From: Elainellaceae cyanobacterium
GTDB taxonomy: Bacteria; Cyanobacteriota; Cyanobacteriia; CAZCXK01
DNA length: 64,000 nucleotides
Reading direction: 5' to 3'
Assembly (NCBI GenBank): GCA_051117555.1
Contig: JBNPEG010000084.1
Span: forward strand, 26,933 to 90,932
Below the pieces are notes generated by a model that worked only from the letters and a program-made list of their open reading frames with translations, did not search any database and was not told where the DNA came from. Made by a program: the position numbers and the translations under genes. Shown piece by piece: positions 10,041 through 21,200 of this stretch; positions within the stretch are counted from its first letter, which is position 1, and each line of letters opens with the position of its first letter.

Positions 10041-11354
10041 ATGATGACTAATTCCCTATCTATTACCACTATGTTTGATGCCGATTCAGCCTCGCCCAAT
10101 ACTATTTTTCTATCCAACAGCCAGATTGACCAGGCGATCGCACTGAGTGAACAGGTACGAGAACCCGAGCAGTGGCAAGTCTATCGGCAGGCGATCGCTT
10201 TAACTGCATTCAAACAATGGCTCGACGAAAGAGATTCCCAACTATTCGTTCAAGATGATCGCTCGACCCTTCAGTTTCCAGAATATGCCAGCTTAATTAA
10301 TGCTGTTTGCAATATTCAAATTGGTCACTATCGAATCTGTCTCATTCCAACAGGAAGTGTCGCAGATACTGTAGTATTTTTGCCACGAGCAACCGTTGAA
10401 ATCTCAGACTTCGTTCCTCATCTATACGTGCTCATTGAGGTGTCAGATGAGTATGAACACGTCCAAATTAAAGGGTGTCTGCGTCGCGATTCGCTTTTCT
10501 ATCATCTAAAGTCTGTTCATTTGCCTACCAATGCTGACTGGACCTATTCAATTCCTCTAGACTGGTTTAGTCTTGACCCTGAGCGCATTCTTCTGTATCT
10601 TCGCTGCTTAGAACCCAATGCAATCCAAAGCCAAACAGTCGCTCCTCACGCACACGCTTCAGTTGCTCAGGTGAAAGCCGATCTAACTCTATTGCGTCCT
10701 CGTATTCAATCCAGCGATCGCCCGCTTTGGCGACTTTTAATGTGGGAGCAAGCATCAACTATCCTCTGCAATCCTGAGCTATTGGATCAAGTCTATTCCA
10801 GAACCCAGACAGGTGCGCACGCGTTGCAGGATTTGAAACAACGAGCCATCAACGTAGGATTGTGGCTACAAAATCAAGTAGATGAACTAGCACAGGAATG
10901 GATTTTACTCCCTCCGCCAGTACTTGAAACTGTAACCGCTCAAGCAATGCGATCGCCCGTCGAGCAGTTTGATGATGTCATTTCTGCCTTAACTCAGCAA
11001 GGCATGATGATTCCGTCTCACGCAAGAGGAGCCTATCAAGATCTGAAAGGAGCAAATGCGGCTCTTCGGCTGTATGCCGTCACGTGGAAATTGCCTGAGT
11101 TGTCTCATTCCGATGAATGGACTCTGCTGCTCATGCTAGGGGCACAACCTGGCGCCCAACTACCTGAAGGGGTTCGGCTTCAAGTTCACGACGAACATCA
11201 CGTCCTAGATGAACAAGTTTTGACCACCTCTACTTCAGATGCCCATCTTTTTTCACGGGTGATTGGAGATCTCAACGAGCAGTTTTCGGTCACAATTAAG
11301 TTGGCAAATGGGGAAGTGGTGACTCGTCAGCCCTTTGTATTTCACCTATCTTAA
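10041..11354 (+). CDS. DUF1822-like protein (candidate anti-sigma factor)
   Basis: Typical layout (FKQWLDER, HLYVLIEV, C-terminal LPEGVRLQV Ig-like domain) directly behind the sigma-like gene; start uncertain (10020/10041). Confidence 0.7.
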   Translation: MMTNSLSITTMFDADSASPNTIFLSNSQIDQAIALSEQVREPEQWQVYRQAIALTAFKQWLDERDSQLFVQDDRSTLQFPEYASLINAVCNIQIGHYRICLIPTGSVADTVVFLPRATVEISDFVPHLYVLIEVSDEYEHVQIKGCLRRDSLFYHLKSVHLPTNADWTYSIPLDWFSLDPERILLYLRCLEPNAIQSQTVAPHAHASVAQVKADLTLLRPRIQSSDRPLWRLLMWEQASTILCNPELLDQVYSRTQTGAHALQDLKQRAINVGLWLQNQVDELAQEWILLPPPVLETVTAQAMRSPVEQFDDVISALTQQGMMIPSHARGAYQDLKGANAALRLYAVTWKLPELSHSDEWTLLLMLGAQPGAQLPEGVRLQVHDEHHVLDEQVLTTSTSDAHLFSRVIGDLNEQFSVTIKLANGEVVTRQPFVFHLS

Positions 11355-11362
11355 AAGCCATC

Positions 11363-13822
11363 ATGCCTGAACAGTCTATATTTCAACTCAACGTTCATCA
11401 GGTCGACCAGCAATGTTTGTTTGAGTTGTCCTGGAGCCAGGGACGACGGCTTACAGCTCTGCTTAGTTATCCTCAGTCATTGATAGAACTCTATCAGCAG
11501 TGGCGACAGTTTTATCTCAGTTTCTATCGCACCGTTCAGATCCCGTTGGTTTTATCTCCACACGTGGAAAACGGACTGCGAGGCAGACGTGCAGAAAGCG
11601 GCAGCATTATCTCAACGCCGAAAGACTGGCAGGCTAAACTTGTTGAAGTCGAAGCAAAGTTTTTATACGCATTCCACCATTGGTTGCGCAGCGCCGAACT
11701 CTACGAGATCCGTGCCAAACTCGCTGAGGCAAGTCGTCTAAATAGAGATGGGCAACCCGTTGATCTGTTTCTCACCTGCACGCCTATTCAACTCTCTCGA
11801 CTACCGTGGGAAACGTGGGAAATAGGCACTGAATTTGCCTCAATGGGCGGAATCCGCATTGCCCGTTCTCCTGCCAATATCAGAGTAGAAGCAAATCCTA
11901 GAAATTCACTTCCGCGTCGCCGAACACGAATTCTGGCGATTTTGGGAGACGACACTGGCCTAAATTTCAAAGTCGACCGGGATGCGGTGCAGTCTCTTTC
12001 GCGCTTTGCAGATATAGAGTTTGTTGGCTGGCAACCGGGCAAATCCATTGACGAGCTAAAAACTGAAATCACCCAGGCGATCGCTCATCCGCTGGGTTGG
12101 GATATCCTATTCTTTGCTGGACACAGTAACGAAACTACTATGACCGGCGGAGAACTGGCGATCGCTCCCCAAACCCACATCGCCCTGCGTGACATTGCTC
12201 CCCAACTGGCGATCGCCAAAGAACGGGGTTTGCAGTTTGCTATCTTCAATTCCTGCAACGGCATCAATATTGCCGAAACGCTCATTGACTTGGGACTCAG
12301 TCAAGTGGCTGTGATGCGAGAACCCATTCACAATCGAGTTGCACAGGAGTTCCTAATCCGGTTCTTGCAAAGTCTTGCTGACCACAAAGATGTTCATGAG
12401 TCATTGATTACAGCCAGTCAGTTTCTAAAGACGACTAAGAACCTGACCTATCCGTCTGCGTATTTGGCACCCTCTCTATTTCGCCATCCCGACTCGACGC
12501 TGTTTCGTGTTCAACCGATAGGTTGGAAGCAACAATTCAGGCGACTTATGCCCAAGCGCTATGAGGCGATCGCTCTAGCAGTTTTGATGATTCTGGGTAG
12601 TTATGGTTCTGTTCAATATCGACTGTTAGAAGGCAGAGTTCTGGCTCAGGCTCGCTACCGTCAATGGACACACCGAGTTCAGTCTGATAAACCTTCCCCC
12701 TTACTTCTCGTTCGAGTGGATGGAGAGTCCCTTGATCGAGAAAATATCTTGGAACGGAACCCAATTCCACCTGATTATCTGGCTAGTTTGATAACACAAT
12801 TATCGGCTCGTGACGTAAGTGTAATCGGAATTGATTATTTGATCGACCGCCAACAAGAAGGCAGTGATTTGATGGCGAAGGCTGTAAGGGAGGTAGCAGG
12901 ACAAGGAACGATATTTGTATTTGCAAGTATCCAAGATAATCATGCTCGGTGGATGAAAACCACGCCAGAGATTGCCGATCCAGTCTATAGCATTCATGGG
13001 GATGCAGCCCGTGCTTGGGGAAATGACTATCGGATGCCACTCTTAATTGAAGGACGAGAACATCTCCTCCCGTTTGCACTATTGATGGTGTTGCTCCAGC
13101 AAAATTCTGGAACTTCCTCTATATCAAATGAACCTGTTGGCTTAGCCATTTTTGATAACCCCGGTCAGCTTACAGAATTGTTTTCGCCTCGCCTCTATTG
13201 GCAGTCGATTTCACGCCTGAGTTACCGTTTCAAACAATATTGGTTGCATCCAATTACCGATTTTTCGCTCCCACCTCATCAGGTTTATCAATCAATACCA
13301 GCCTGGAAGCTGCTAGAACAGCCAAACGCGCCTGAATTGAAGCACTTACCCCAGCAAGCGGTGATGATCGCAGCAGGAGGCTATGAGGAAGCAGGATTAA
13401 TTCCGGGTGATGATAATGAAAACTTTGAAGCTCCAGACGCGATGAGCTACTGGTATCGACAGGAGAATCCTCATAACCCTTATCGTGAGATGACTGGGGG
13501 CGAACAGCATGCCTATCTCTTCCATCATTTTTTGAATCGTCGATTTGTTATCCCTGTCCCCAATCTGTGGATGATATTACTTGCAGCGATCGCTGGAAAG
13601 GTCACAGTTTTGCTACTCGCGCGACAGCGTTCAACGAATACCAAGGCATACCAGCGTTATGAAGGGTTGATTGGTTCAGGACTTTTAATTAGCACCGCAA
13701 TATATGCGCTGATGAGCCTTGAGTTATATGTATCGACACTGGCGATCGCATTTCCTATTGTTCTTCCCATCGCAGCCTATTGGGGCTATGTATTGCCATC
13801 GTTATTTCGAAATAAACCATGA
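11363..13822 (+). CDS. CHAT protease - TM - CHASE2 sensor - 3TM membrane protein
   Basis: LPWETW, FFAGHS and FNSCNG dyad; a TM segment; LLLVRVD and VIGIDY CHASE2 motifs; three C-terminal hydrophobic helices. Confidence 0.85.
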   Translation: MPEQSIFQLNVHQVDQQCLFELSWSQGRRLTALLSYPQSLIELYQQWRQFYLSFYRTVQIPLVLSPHVENGLRGRRAESGSIISTPKDWQAKLVEVEAKFLYAFHHWLRSAELYEIRAKLAEASRLNRDGQPVDLFLTCTPIQLSRLPWETWEIGTEFASMGGIRIARSPANIRVEANPRNSLPRRRTRILAILGDDTGLNFKVDRDAVQSLSRFADIEFVGWQPGKSIDELKTEITQAIAHPLGWDILFFAGHSNETTMTGGELAIAPQTHIALRDIAPQLAIAKERGLQFAIFNSCNGINIAETLIDLGLSQVAVMREPIHNRVAQEFLIRFLQSLADHKDVHESLITASQFLKTTKNLTYPSAYLAPSLFRHPDSTLFRVQPIGWKQQFRRLMPKRYEAIALAVLMILGSYGSVQYRLLEGRVLAQARYRQWTHRVQSDKPSPLLLVRVDGESLDRENILERNPIPPDYLASLITQLSARDVSVIGIDYLIDRQQEGSDLMAKAVREVAGQGTIFVFASIQDNHARWMKTTPEIADPVYSIHGDAARAWGNDYRMPLLIEGREHLLPFALLMVLLQQNSGTSSISNEPVGLAIFDNPGQLTELFSPRLYWQSISRLSYRFKQYWLHPITDFSLPPHQVYQSIPAWKLLEQPNAPELKHLPQQAVMIAAGGYEEAGLIPGDDNENFEAPDAMSYWYRQENPHNPYREMTGGEQHAYLFHHFLNRRFVIPVPNLWMILLAAIAGKVTVLLLARQRSTNTKAYQRYEGLIGSGLLISTAIYALMSLELYVSTLAIAFPIVLPIAAYWGYVLPSLFRNKP

Positions 13823-13831
13823 GGAAAAGTC

Positions 13832-14665
13832 ATGTTCGGTATCTACTCAGCAATCCGTATATTTCCAAGACTTTGCTTACTTCTTTGTGCTTCCCTCCCA
13901 TTTGCGATATGGGAAGTTGGAATCCTTAATATACGTGCGGCACATGCAATATTTTTTCAAGCACAAAACTCATCTCCAAATCCATCACCGCCGCCGCCAA
14001 TTCAGGGAATTTCTAGTCTTCGTACTCTTTGGAATACTATATTCAGCAGTCCACCTCCACCTCCCCCCCAACAAGGAATTTCAAGAGGACGTTATTTTTG
14101 CTTGATTGCCCCATATTCATTTGAAGAAGAAGTATGGAGCGATCGCCCAACGTTAGTATGGCAAGGTTCGGCGAGCAGCGTAGAACTCTATCAACAAGGC
14201 GGTTCAGAACCCATTTGGACATATCCCCTATCTGAATCGGATCAAATCCCTGGACTAGATGGTGCCCAGACAGAAGAATTTGATGAACCCGTCTATCAAG
14301 TTACCTATGATGGCGAACCACTTGAACCCGGACAAGCTTATGTATGGAGGGTGATTCAACCGTTCGCTCCTCGTCCGATTTCCTTCCAGATAATGACCAC
14401 TGAAGAGCAAGAGAAAATTACGGATGATTTGACTGCTTTAGAATCTCAGCTTGAAGCCGAAGACACAGATGAAACTCTCGCCATTCAAAAAGCGGACTAC
14501 TTTGCAGATCAACAACTCTGGTCAGACTTTTGGCAACAAATTCTCGCAGTTGAATCTCCATCCGATGAATTAAAAACTGTTTTGGATGAAACCATTGCAG
14601 AATTGTGCCCTCCGCCACCAGACCCTGATGCCAATTCGAGAGAATTCAGGGGTTCTGTGCGTTAA
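13832..14665 (+). CDS. exported DUF928-like protein
   Basis: Signal peptide, Pro-rich linker, ISRG..CLIAP, RPTLVW, LEPGQAYVW, YFADQQLWSD. Confidence 0.75.
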   Translation: MFGIYSAIRIFPRLCLLLCASLPFAIWEVGILNIRAAHAIFFQAQNSSPNPSPPPPIQGISSLRTLWNTIFSSPPPPPPQQGISRGRYFCLIAPYSFEEEVWSDRPTLVWQGSASSVELYQQGGSEPIWTYPLSESDQIPGLDGAQTEEFDEPVYQVTYDGEPLEPGQAYVWRVIQPFAPRPISFQIMTTEEQEKITDDLTALESQLEAEDTDETLAIQKADYFADQQLWSDFWQQILAVESPSDELKTVLDETIAELCPPPPDPDANSREFRGSVR

Positions 14666-14807
14666 GCATATGAGGTGATGTGACAGGAGCGATCGCCCCT
14701 TTTGCCTATTGCATAAAATTCGATACATTGCATTGGTCGTACGCCGTACGCCCCTACGTGCGTTTCATTGGTCGTTTCTCGTTCAAAGCCCAAAATTTTC
14801 TCTTAAG

Positions 14808-14835
14808 TTCCACAGGGTCTCCAGCCTCAGAGCTA
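14808..14835 (+). promoter_or_regulatory. TTCCACA-N14-AGAGCTA motif variant
   Basis: One mismatch; 35 nt before ATG 14870. Confidence 0.7.
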
Positions 14836-14869
14836 TATAGTAATATCACCCCCAAGAGCCAACGAAATC

Positions 14870-17725
14870 ATGCATTACTCAGCAAAGCTGCTCAGTTTAG
14901 TTGCAACCACGGCGTTGATGATTCCCCTTGTCCAAATCCGAGGGTTCTCCCAAGACTCCTCCCATTTTCTGCAAACAGATTTCGTCTTAGCTCAAAGTGA
15001 ACCTGCTGAAGCCCGCTTGAACCGAGCTAATCGTCTTTTGCAGCAGGGCATTCAGCAAGCTCTAGTCAGTCATTTTCGAGAGGCGTTACAGTCGTGGCAG
15101 CAAGCTCTAGAGATTTATCGAGAACCAGAGGTTCAAGCAGCATTTCCTCAGGAGAGTCGCCAAGGTGAAGGAAACGCCCTAGGCAATTTGGGCATTGCTT
15201 ACAGAAATTTGGGAGACTATCAGCAAGCCATCGACTTATATGAGCAATACCTTGCCATTGCCCGCGAGATAGGCGATCGTCGAGGAGAAGGAAACGCTCT
15301 GGGCAATTTGGGCCTTGCTTACTGGAGTCTGGGAGACTATCCGCAAGCCATCGACTTGTATGAGCAACAGCTTGTGATTGCCCGCGAGATAGGCGATCGC
15401 CGTGGAGAAGGAAATGCCCTAGGCAATTTAGGCATTACTTACGATAATTTGGGAGACTATCAGCAAGCCATCGACTTGTATGAGCAACAGCTTGTGATTG
15501 CCCGCGAGATAGGCGATCGCAGTGGGGAAGGAACCGCCCTGGGCAATTTGGGCATTGCTTACGATAATTTGGGAGACTATCAGCAAGCCATCGACTTCTA
15601 TGAGCAACAGCTTGTTATTACCCGCAAGATAGGCGATCGCCAAGGGGAAGGAGCTGCCTTGGGCAATTTGGGCAGTGCTTACCTGAGTCTGGGGGACTAT
15701 CCGCAAGCCATCGACTTTTATGAGCAAGTGCTTGTGATTTTCCGCAAGATAGGCGATCGCAGTGGGGAAGGAACCGCCCTGGGCAATTTGGGCAGTGCTT
15801 ACCTGAGTCTGGGAGACTATCAGCAAGCCATCGACTTGTATGAGCAACGTCTTGCCATTGCCCGCGAGATAGGCGATCGCAGTGGGGAAGGAACCGCCCT
15901 GGGCAATTTGGGCAGTGCTTACCTGAGTCTGGGAGACTATCAGCAAGCCATCGAACGCTATCAGCAGGCGCTGGCAATCGCTCAAGAAATTGGCGATCGA
16001 TCGAGTGAAGGCGTGTGGCTTAGCTATATCGGTTCTCTTCTCGCACAGCAAGAGCAGCCGGAGCTTGCCATTGTCTTCTACAAACAGTCGGTCAATGTCC
16101 GCGAGGCTATTCGAGATGATTTGCGTGAATTGCCCCGGGAGCAGCAGCAGTCCTTCACCGATACCGTCGCTGATGACTACCGAGAACTTGCCGATCTCCT
16201 TCTGCAAGCCGATCGCGTCCTCGAAGCCCAGCGGGTTCTCGACTTGCTCAAAGTCCAGGAGCTGGATGACTACTTGCACGATGTGCGCGGCAATGACCAG
16301 ACAGAAGACGGCGTTGAACTCGTTGACCCTGAAGCTCAAATCAGCAACAAAGCCATTCTTATCGGGCACGAACTGGCAGACCTCCGAGCCATCCCGTATG
16401 CCCAACTTTCTGACGAGCAAAAACAGCGGCTTGCAGATTTAGACGAGGCTCAGCGAGCCATCATTGCCGACTTCCGGGGCTTTATCAACAGTCCTGAAAT
16501 TCAAGCACTGGTGGCCCAACTCAGCGTCGAAGCTCGTGAACAGGACGTGCTGGCCGAATTGGATGAATTCATCAACCTGCAAAACAATCTGAGGGAAATC
16601 GATCAGAATGCCGTTCTGATTTATCCCCTGATTCTCGAAGACCGCCTAGAATTGGTGCTCATCACCCCCTTCAGCGAACCCACTCGCTACCCCGTTGAAG
16701 TAGACCGAGCCGAACTCAACGAAACCATCGTCGCCTTCCGTCAGGCTCTCGACGACCCCACTAGCGCCCCTCAATCGCTCGCCCAACAGCTTTATGACTG
16801 GCTGATTTCTCCGATGGCGAATGACCTAGAGGCGATTGGAGCTGAAACTATCCTCTATGCACCTGACGGGGTGTTGCGCTACATTCCTCTAGCAGCACTC
16901 CATGATGGAGAGCGGTGGCTCGTCGAGCAGTTTCACATCAACCATATTACTGCTGCTAGCCTGCAAGACTTTGATCTGCAACCCCGAATTGACGACCCTC
17001 AAATTTTGGCTGCTGCTTTCAGCGAAGGTTTCCATGAAGTGCAGGCAGGCGATCGCACCTTCCCCTTCGATGGCCTTCCTTTTGCTGGACAAGAGGTGGA
17101 AAACCTAGCTGCCGCTTTTCCCGGCACCACCAAGCTGCTCGACGAAGACTTCAGCCGCACCGCCACCGAACCCATCATGGACAGTCACACCATTGTCCAT
17201 CTCGCCACCCATGCTGCCTTTGTTCAAGGCTCCCCCAGCGACTCGTTTATCCTCTTTGGTAATGGCGATTATGTCACCTTAGAGGAGATCAAAAGCTGGG
17301 AAGGACGCTTCAACCAAGTAGACCTGATTGTGCTGAGTGCCTGCGAAACTGGACTAGGCGGACTCGCTTTCGGTGATTCAGAACTGGGCAACGGTGAAGA
17401 AATTCTCGGCTTTGGTTACTTGATGCAGCAAGCAGGAGCAGCAGCAGCGATCGCTTCTCTTTGGCCAGTCAACGACGGCGGCACTCAGGTGCTGATGGAT
17501 GCGTTCTATGCGGCTCTGCGAAACGGCTATTCTAAAGCAGAAGCACTGCAACGAGCACAGATTGCTCTGATTACTCGTGATGAAACCGTGCTGGAACTAG
17601 AGGGCGATCGCGGTGTGGCGGTAGAAATCATTGACACCCGTAACGGGCAGCCGCTCTCTCAAAGTAATGGTTTGGCGCATCCCTATTACTGGGCACCCTT
17701 CATTCTCATCGGCAACGGTCTTTGA
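14870..17725 (+). CDS. signal peptide + TPR array + CHAT protease
   Basis: ALGNLG-type 40-aa TPRs; HLATHA and LSACETG. Confidence 0.93.
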   Translation: MHYSAKLLSLVATTALMIPLVQIRGFSQDSSHFLQTDFVLAQSEPAEARLNRANRLLQQGIQQALVSHFREALQSWQQALEIYREPEVQAAFPQESRQGEGNALGNLGIAYRNLGDYQQAIDLYEQYLAIAREIGDRRGEGNALGNLGLAYWSLGDYPQAIDLYEQQLVIAREIGDRRGEGNALGNLGITYDNLGDYQQAIDLYEQQLVIAREIGDRSGEGTALGNLGIAYDNLGDYQQAIDFYEQQLVITRKIGDRQGEGAALGNLGSAYLSLGDYPQAIDFYEQVLVIFRKIGDRSGEGTALGNLGSAYLSLGDYQQAIDLYEQRLAIAREIGDRSGEGTALGNLGSAYLSLGDYQQAIERYQQALAIAQEIGDRSSEGVWLSYIGSLLAQQEQPELAIVFYKQSVNVREAIRDDLRELPREQQQSFTDTVADDYRELADLLLQADRVLEAQRVLDLLKVQELDDYLHDVRGNDQTEDGVELVDPEAQISNKAILIGHELADLRAIPYAQLSDEQKQRLADLDEAQRAIIADFRGFINSPEIQALVAQLSVEAREQDVLAELDEFINLQNNLREIDQNAVLIYPLILEDRLELVLITPFSEPTRYPVEVDRAELNETIVAFRQALDDPTSAPQSLAQQLYDWLISPMANDLEAIGAETILYAPDGVLRYIPLAALHDGERWLVEQFHINHITAASLQDFDLQPRIDDPQILAAAFSEGFHEVQAGDRTFPFDGLPFAGQEVENLAAAFPGTTKLLDEDFSRTATEPIMDSHTIVHLATHAAFVQGSPSDSFILFGNGDYVTLEEIKSWEGRFNQVDLIVLSACETGLGGLAFGDSELGNGEEILGFGYLMQQAGAAAAIASLWPVNDGGTQVLMDAFYAALRNGYSKAEALQRAQIALITRDETVLELEGDRGVAVEIIDTRNGQPLSQSNGLAHPYYWAPFILIGNGL

Positions 17726-17764
17726 TTAGAGGACGGGTATCCCTTAAGGCAGGAAGCTTTGCCA

Positions 17765-17837
17765 GGAATGGAATTCAGGAGTCAGGAGCCAGAAGTCAGC
17801 CCTCTCCTGAATTCTGACTCCTAGGTTCTGGCTCCCT
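17765..17837. repeat. inverted heptamer (STRR-like) repeats
   Basis: AGGAGTC/AGAAGTC runs followed by their complements; AAAATCC heptamers also occur near 17925 and 18245. Confidence 0.55.
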
Positions 17838-18034
17838 ATCCAACCAGGATTTCCCGGCACCAATTCCCCCCAATAGAGCTACAGATGACCAACCTGAAAG
17901 CCTGGCAGGGCAAAGGCATTTCAATCCAAAATCTAAAATCCAAAATTGGCAAATCATGCTCCGAGTATCAACGCGGATACCTTCAACATTGCGGCGGATA
18001 TCTTTTGGGCAAGTTGCGACCTGGCTCACCCATT

Positions 18035-18062
18035 TTCCATACCCGCCGTTGTCCCAGATATA
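18035..18062 (+). promoter_or_regulatory. TTCCATA-N14-AGATATA motif variant
   Basis: One mismatch; about 145 nt before ATG 18207. Confidence 0.55.
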
Positions 18063-18206
18063 GATAACCGTGAAGGCTTTATTAGCCTGGTCACGATATA
18101 TTGCAATGGGGCAGCCGCCTTTCTCCGGCGTCTTTGACTCCCTTCCCTGCAAAATCTCATCTCCTTCTCCCAACGAAAAGTACGTAGTCACGAGAGGATT
18201 TAACTG

Positions 18207-21200
18207 ATGACGATCGCTCCCTCCAACTCCAGGTTCCGACCCCTCCAAAATCCAAAATCTAAAATCCAAAATCGCACACTGTTTGCTGTCTTAATCACCG
18301 CAGGCTTACTGATGGGCGTGGCTGAACCTGTGATTGGGCAGATGCGGCTGGCTCAGGCAGAAGAATCGTCGGAGGTGGGGGCGATCGCCCCTTTCACCAT
18401 CGAAGGAACCTTGGACGAGAACAGCGACGTGCTTGAGGATGATGGCAGCTATTACAACGTCCATACCTTTGAGGGGCAGGCAGGCCAGACTGTGGCGATC
18501 GAGTTAGTGAGTGATGACTTTGATACTTACCTGCTGTTCCAGTCACCCGATGGCACTCTCCTAAGCCAGGACGATGATGGAGCTGGGGGAACCAATTCCC
18601 GCATTCTCTTATCCCTCCCCACAACGGGAACTTATACAATCCTTGCCAACACCTACGCAGCCGGAGAAACTGGACGCTACACTCTCAGCCTACAGCCTGC
18701 ATCCAGTCAAGAGGTCACAGCGGCTGAGCAGTTGGCCGAGGCAGAACAACTCGGCCAGCAGGTCACCCAGCTTTATCAGCAAGGCCGCTATGCCGACGCC
18801 ATTCCCCTCGCTCAGCGTGTCCTAGAAATTCTTGAAACCGCCCTGGACGAGAATCATCCCCTTGTCGCCACCAGCCTCAATAATCTGGCAGAGTTGTATC
18901 GTGCTCAGGGCAATTACGCAGCAGCAGAACCCCTCTATCAGCGATCGCTCTCAATTGTTGAAACCGCCCTGGGCGACACTCATCCCTATTTCGCCCTCAG
19001 CCTCAATAACCTTGCGTCAGTGTATCGTGCTCAGGGCAATTATGCAGCAGCAGAACCCCTCTATCGACGATCGCTCTCGATCTATGAAACCGCCCTGGAC
19101 AACACTCATCCCAATGTCGCCCTAAGCCTCAATAATCTGGCATTGTTGTATCAAGAGCAGGGCAATTACGCGGCAGCAGAACCCCTCTACCAGCGATCGC
19201 TCTCCATTCTTGAAACCGCCCTGGGCGAGAACCACCCCGATTTCGCCCTCAGCCTCAATAATCTGGCAGAGTTGTATCGTGCTCAGGGCAATTACGCAGC
19301 AGCAGAACCCCTCTATCAGCGATCGCTCTCGATTTTTGAAACCGTCCTGGGCGACACCCATCCCAACGTCGCCTTAAGCCTCAATAATTTAGCAGAGTTA
19401 TATCGTACTCAGGGCAATTACGCGGCGGCAGAACCCCTCTATCAGCGATCGCTCTCGATTCGTGAAACCGCCCTGGGCGAAAACCATCCCGATGTCGCCA
19501 ATAGCCTCAATAATCTGGCAGGGTTATATCGTGCTCAGGGCAATTATGCAGCGGCAGAACCTCTCTTGCGGCGATCGCTCTCAATTGTTGAAACCGCCCT
19601 GGGCGACACTCATCCCTATTTCGCCCTCAGCCTCAATAATCTGGCAGAGTTGTATCGTGCTCAGGGCAATTATGCAGCAGCAGAACCCCTCTATCGACGA
19701 TCGCTCTCGATCTATGAAACCGCCCTGGACAACACTCATCCCAATGTCGCCCTAAGCCTCAATAATCTGGCATTGTTGTATCAAGAGCAGGGCAATTACG
19801 CGGCAGCAGAACCCCTCTACCAGCGATCGCTCTCCATTCTTGAAACCGCCCTGGGCGAGAACCACCCCGATTTCGCCCTCAGCCTCAATAATCTGGCAGA
19901 GTTGTATCGTGCTCAGGGCAATTACGCAGCAGCAGAACCCCTCTATCAGCGATCGCTCGCCATTAGTGAAACCGCCCTGGGCGAGACTCATCCCGACGTC
20001 GCCTTGAGCCTCAACAATCTGGCATTGTTGTATCAAGCTCAAGGCAATTACGCGGCGGCAGAACCCCTCTATCAGCGATCGCTCGCCATTAGTGAAACCG
20101 CCTTGGGCGAGACTCATCCCCTTGTCGCCACCAGCCTCAATAATCTGGCAGTGTTGTATCGCAATCAAAATGATCTTCCCCAAGCCATTGAATTTTTAAG
20201 GTCAGGACTGACGGTGGAAGAAACCAACTTGGCCTCAACCCTGGCGATTGGCTCAGAAGCACGAAAGCGAGCCTATGTGAGAACCATTGCTGGAACTACC
20301 GATGCGGCAATTTCGCTACATCAGCAGGCTGCCGCCACAGATCCTGATGCAGCTCGCCTTGCCCTCACCACCGCCTTCCGCCGCAAGGGGCGCATCCTCG
20401 ATGCCGTCACCGACTCGTTCCAGCGCCTGCGCCAAAACCTCAGCCCCGATGAACAGTCATTGCTCGATGACTACACCGCAATTCAAACCCAGTTAGCCAC
20501 CCTGCTCTACAGCGGCTTGGGTGACCAAGACCCCGATGCCTACCGTGCTCAAGTTGACACGCTACGTCAGGAAAGTGAGCGGCTGGAAAACGAACTGGCT
20601 CGCCGCAGTGCCGAATTCCGGGTCGAGGCAGCACCGATTGAGATTGAGACCGTGCAAGCTCTGATTCCCGAGGGTGCAGTGTTGGTGGAACTGGTGCGCT
20701 ATCGCCCCGTTGACCCACAGGCATCCCAATCCGAGCGGTTCGGCGACCCCCGCTACGCCGCCTACACCCTCGATGCCTCTGGCACCATCCAGTCCGTCGA
20801 TCTGGGCGACGCCGCCACCATCGACCAGGCCGTTGATGATTTCCTCATCGCTCTGCAAAATCCAGCCCGTCTACAGCGCACTCGCCAAACCGCCCGTCAA
20901 CTTGACCAGCTCGTCATGCAGCCCATCCGCCAGCTCATCGGCGACACCCCCCATCTGCTCCTCTCCCCCGACGGCCAGCTCAACCTCATCCCCTTCGCCG
21001 CCCTCGTCGATGAAACCGACCAATACCTCGTCGAAACCTACCAAATCACCTACCTCACCTCCGGTCGCGACCTGCTCAAGCTCCAGCTCGACGCCCCCAG
21101 CCGTCAAGCTCCTGTCATCGTCGCCAACCCCGACTTCGACGCTGCCGATGGGCAGGCGAGTTTGGCAGCAGCCGGAGTGATCCCCCCTAGCCCCCCTTTA

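Noticed and set aside
8553..13822. Naming these genes hetZ, patU or hetF
   Set aside because: Only family-level resemblance; orthology cannot be shown from the sequence alone
15428..16420. 330-aa antisense ORF and similar shadows (19752-20183, 25008-25760, 28669-29211, 41167-41748, 54293-55039)
   Set aside because: Off-frame or antisense shadows of repetitive, codon-biased genes with no independent motifs
17796..18269. 157-aa minus-strand ORF
   Set aside because: Built partly from heptamer repeats (FWILDFG) and overlaps the leader of gene 18207
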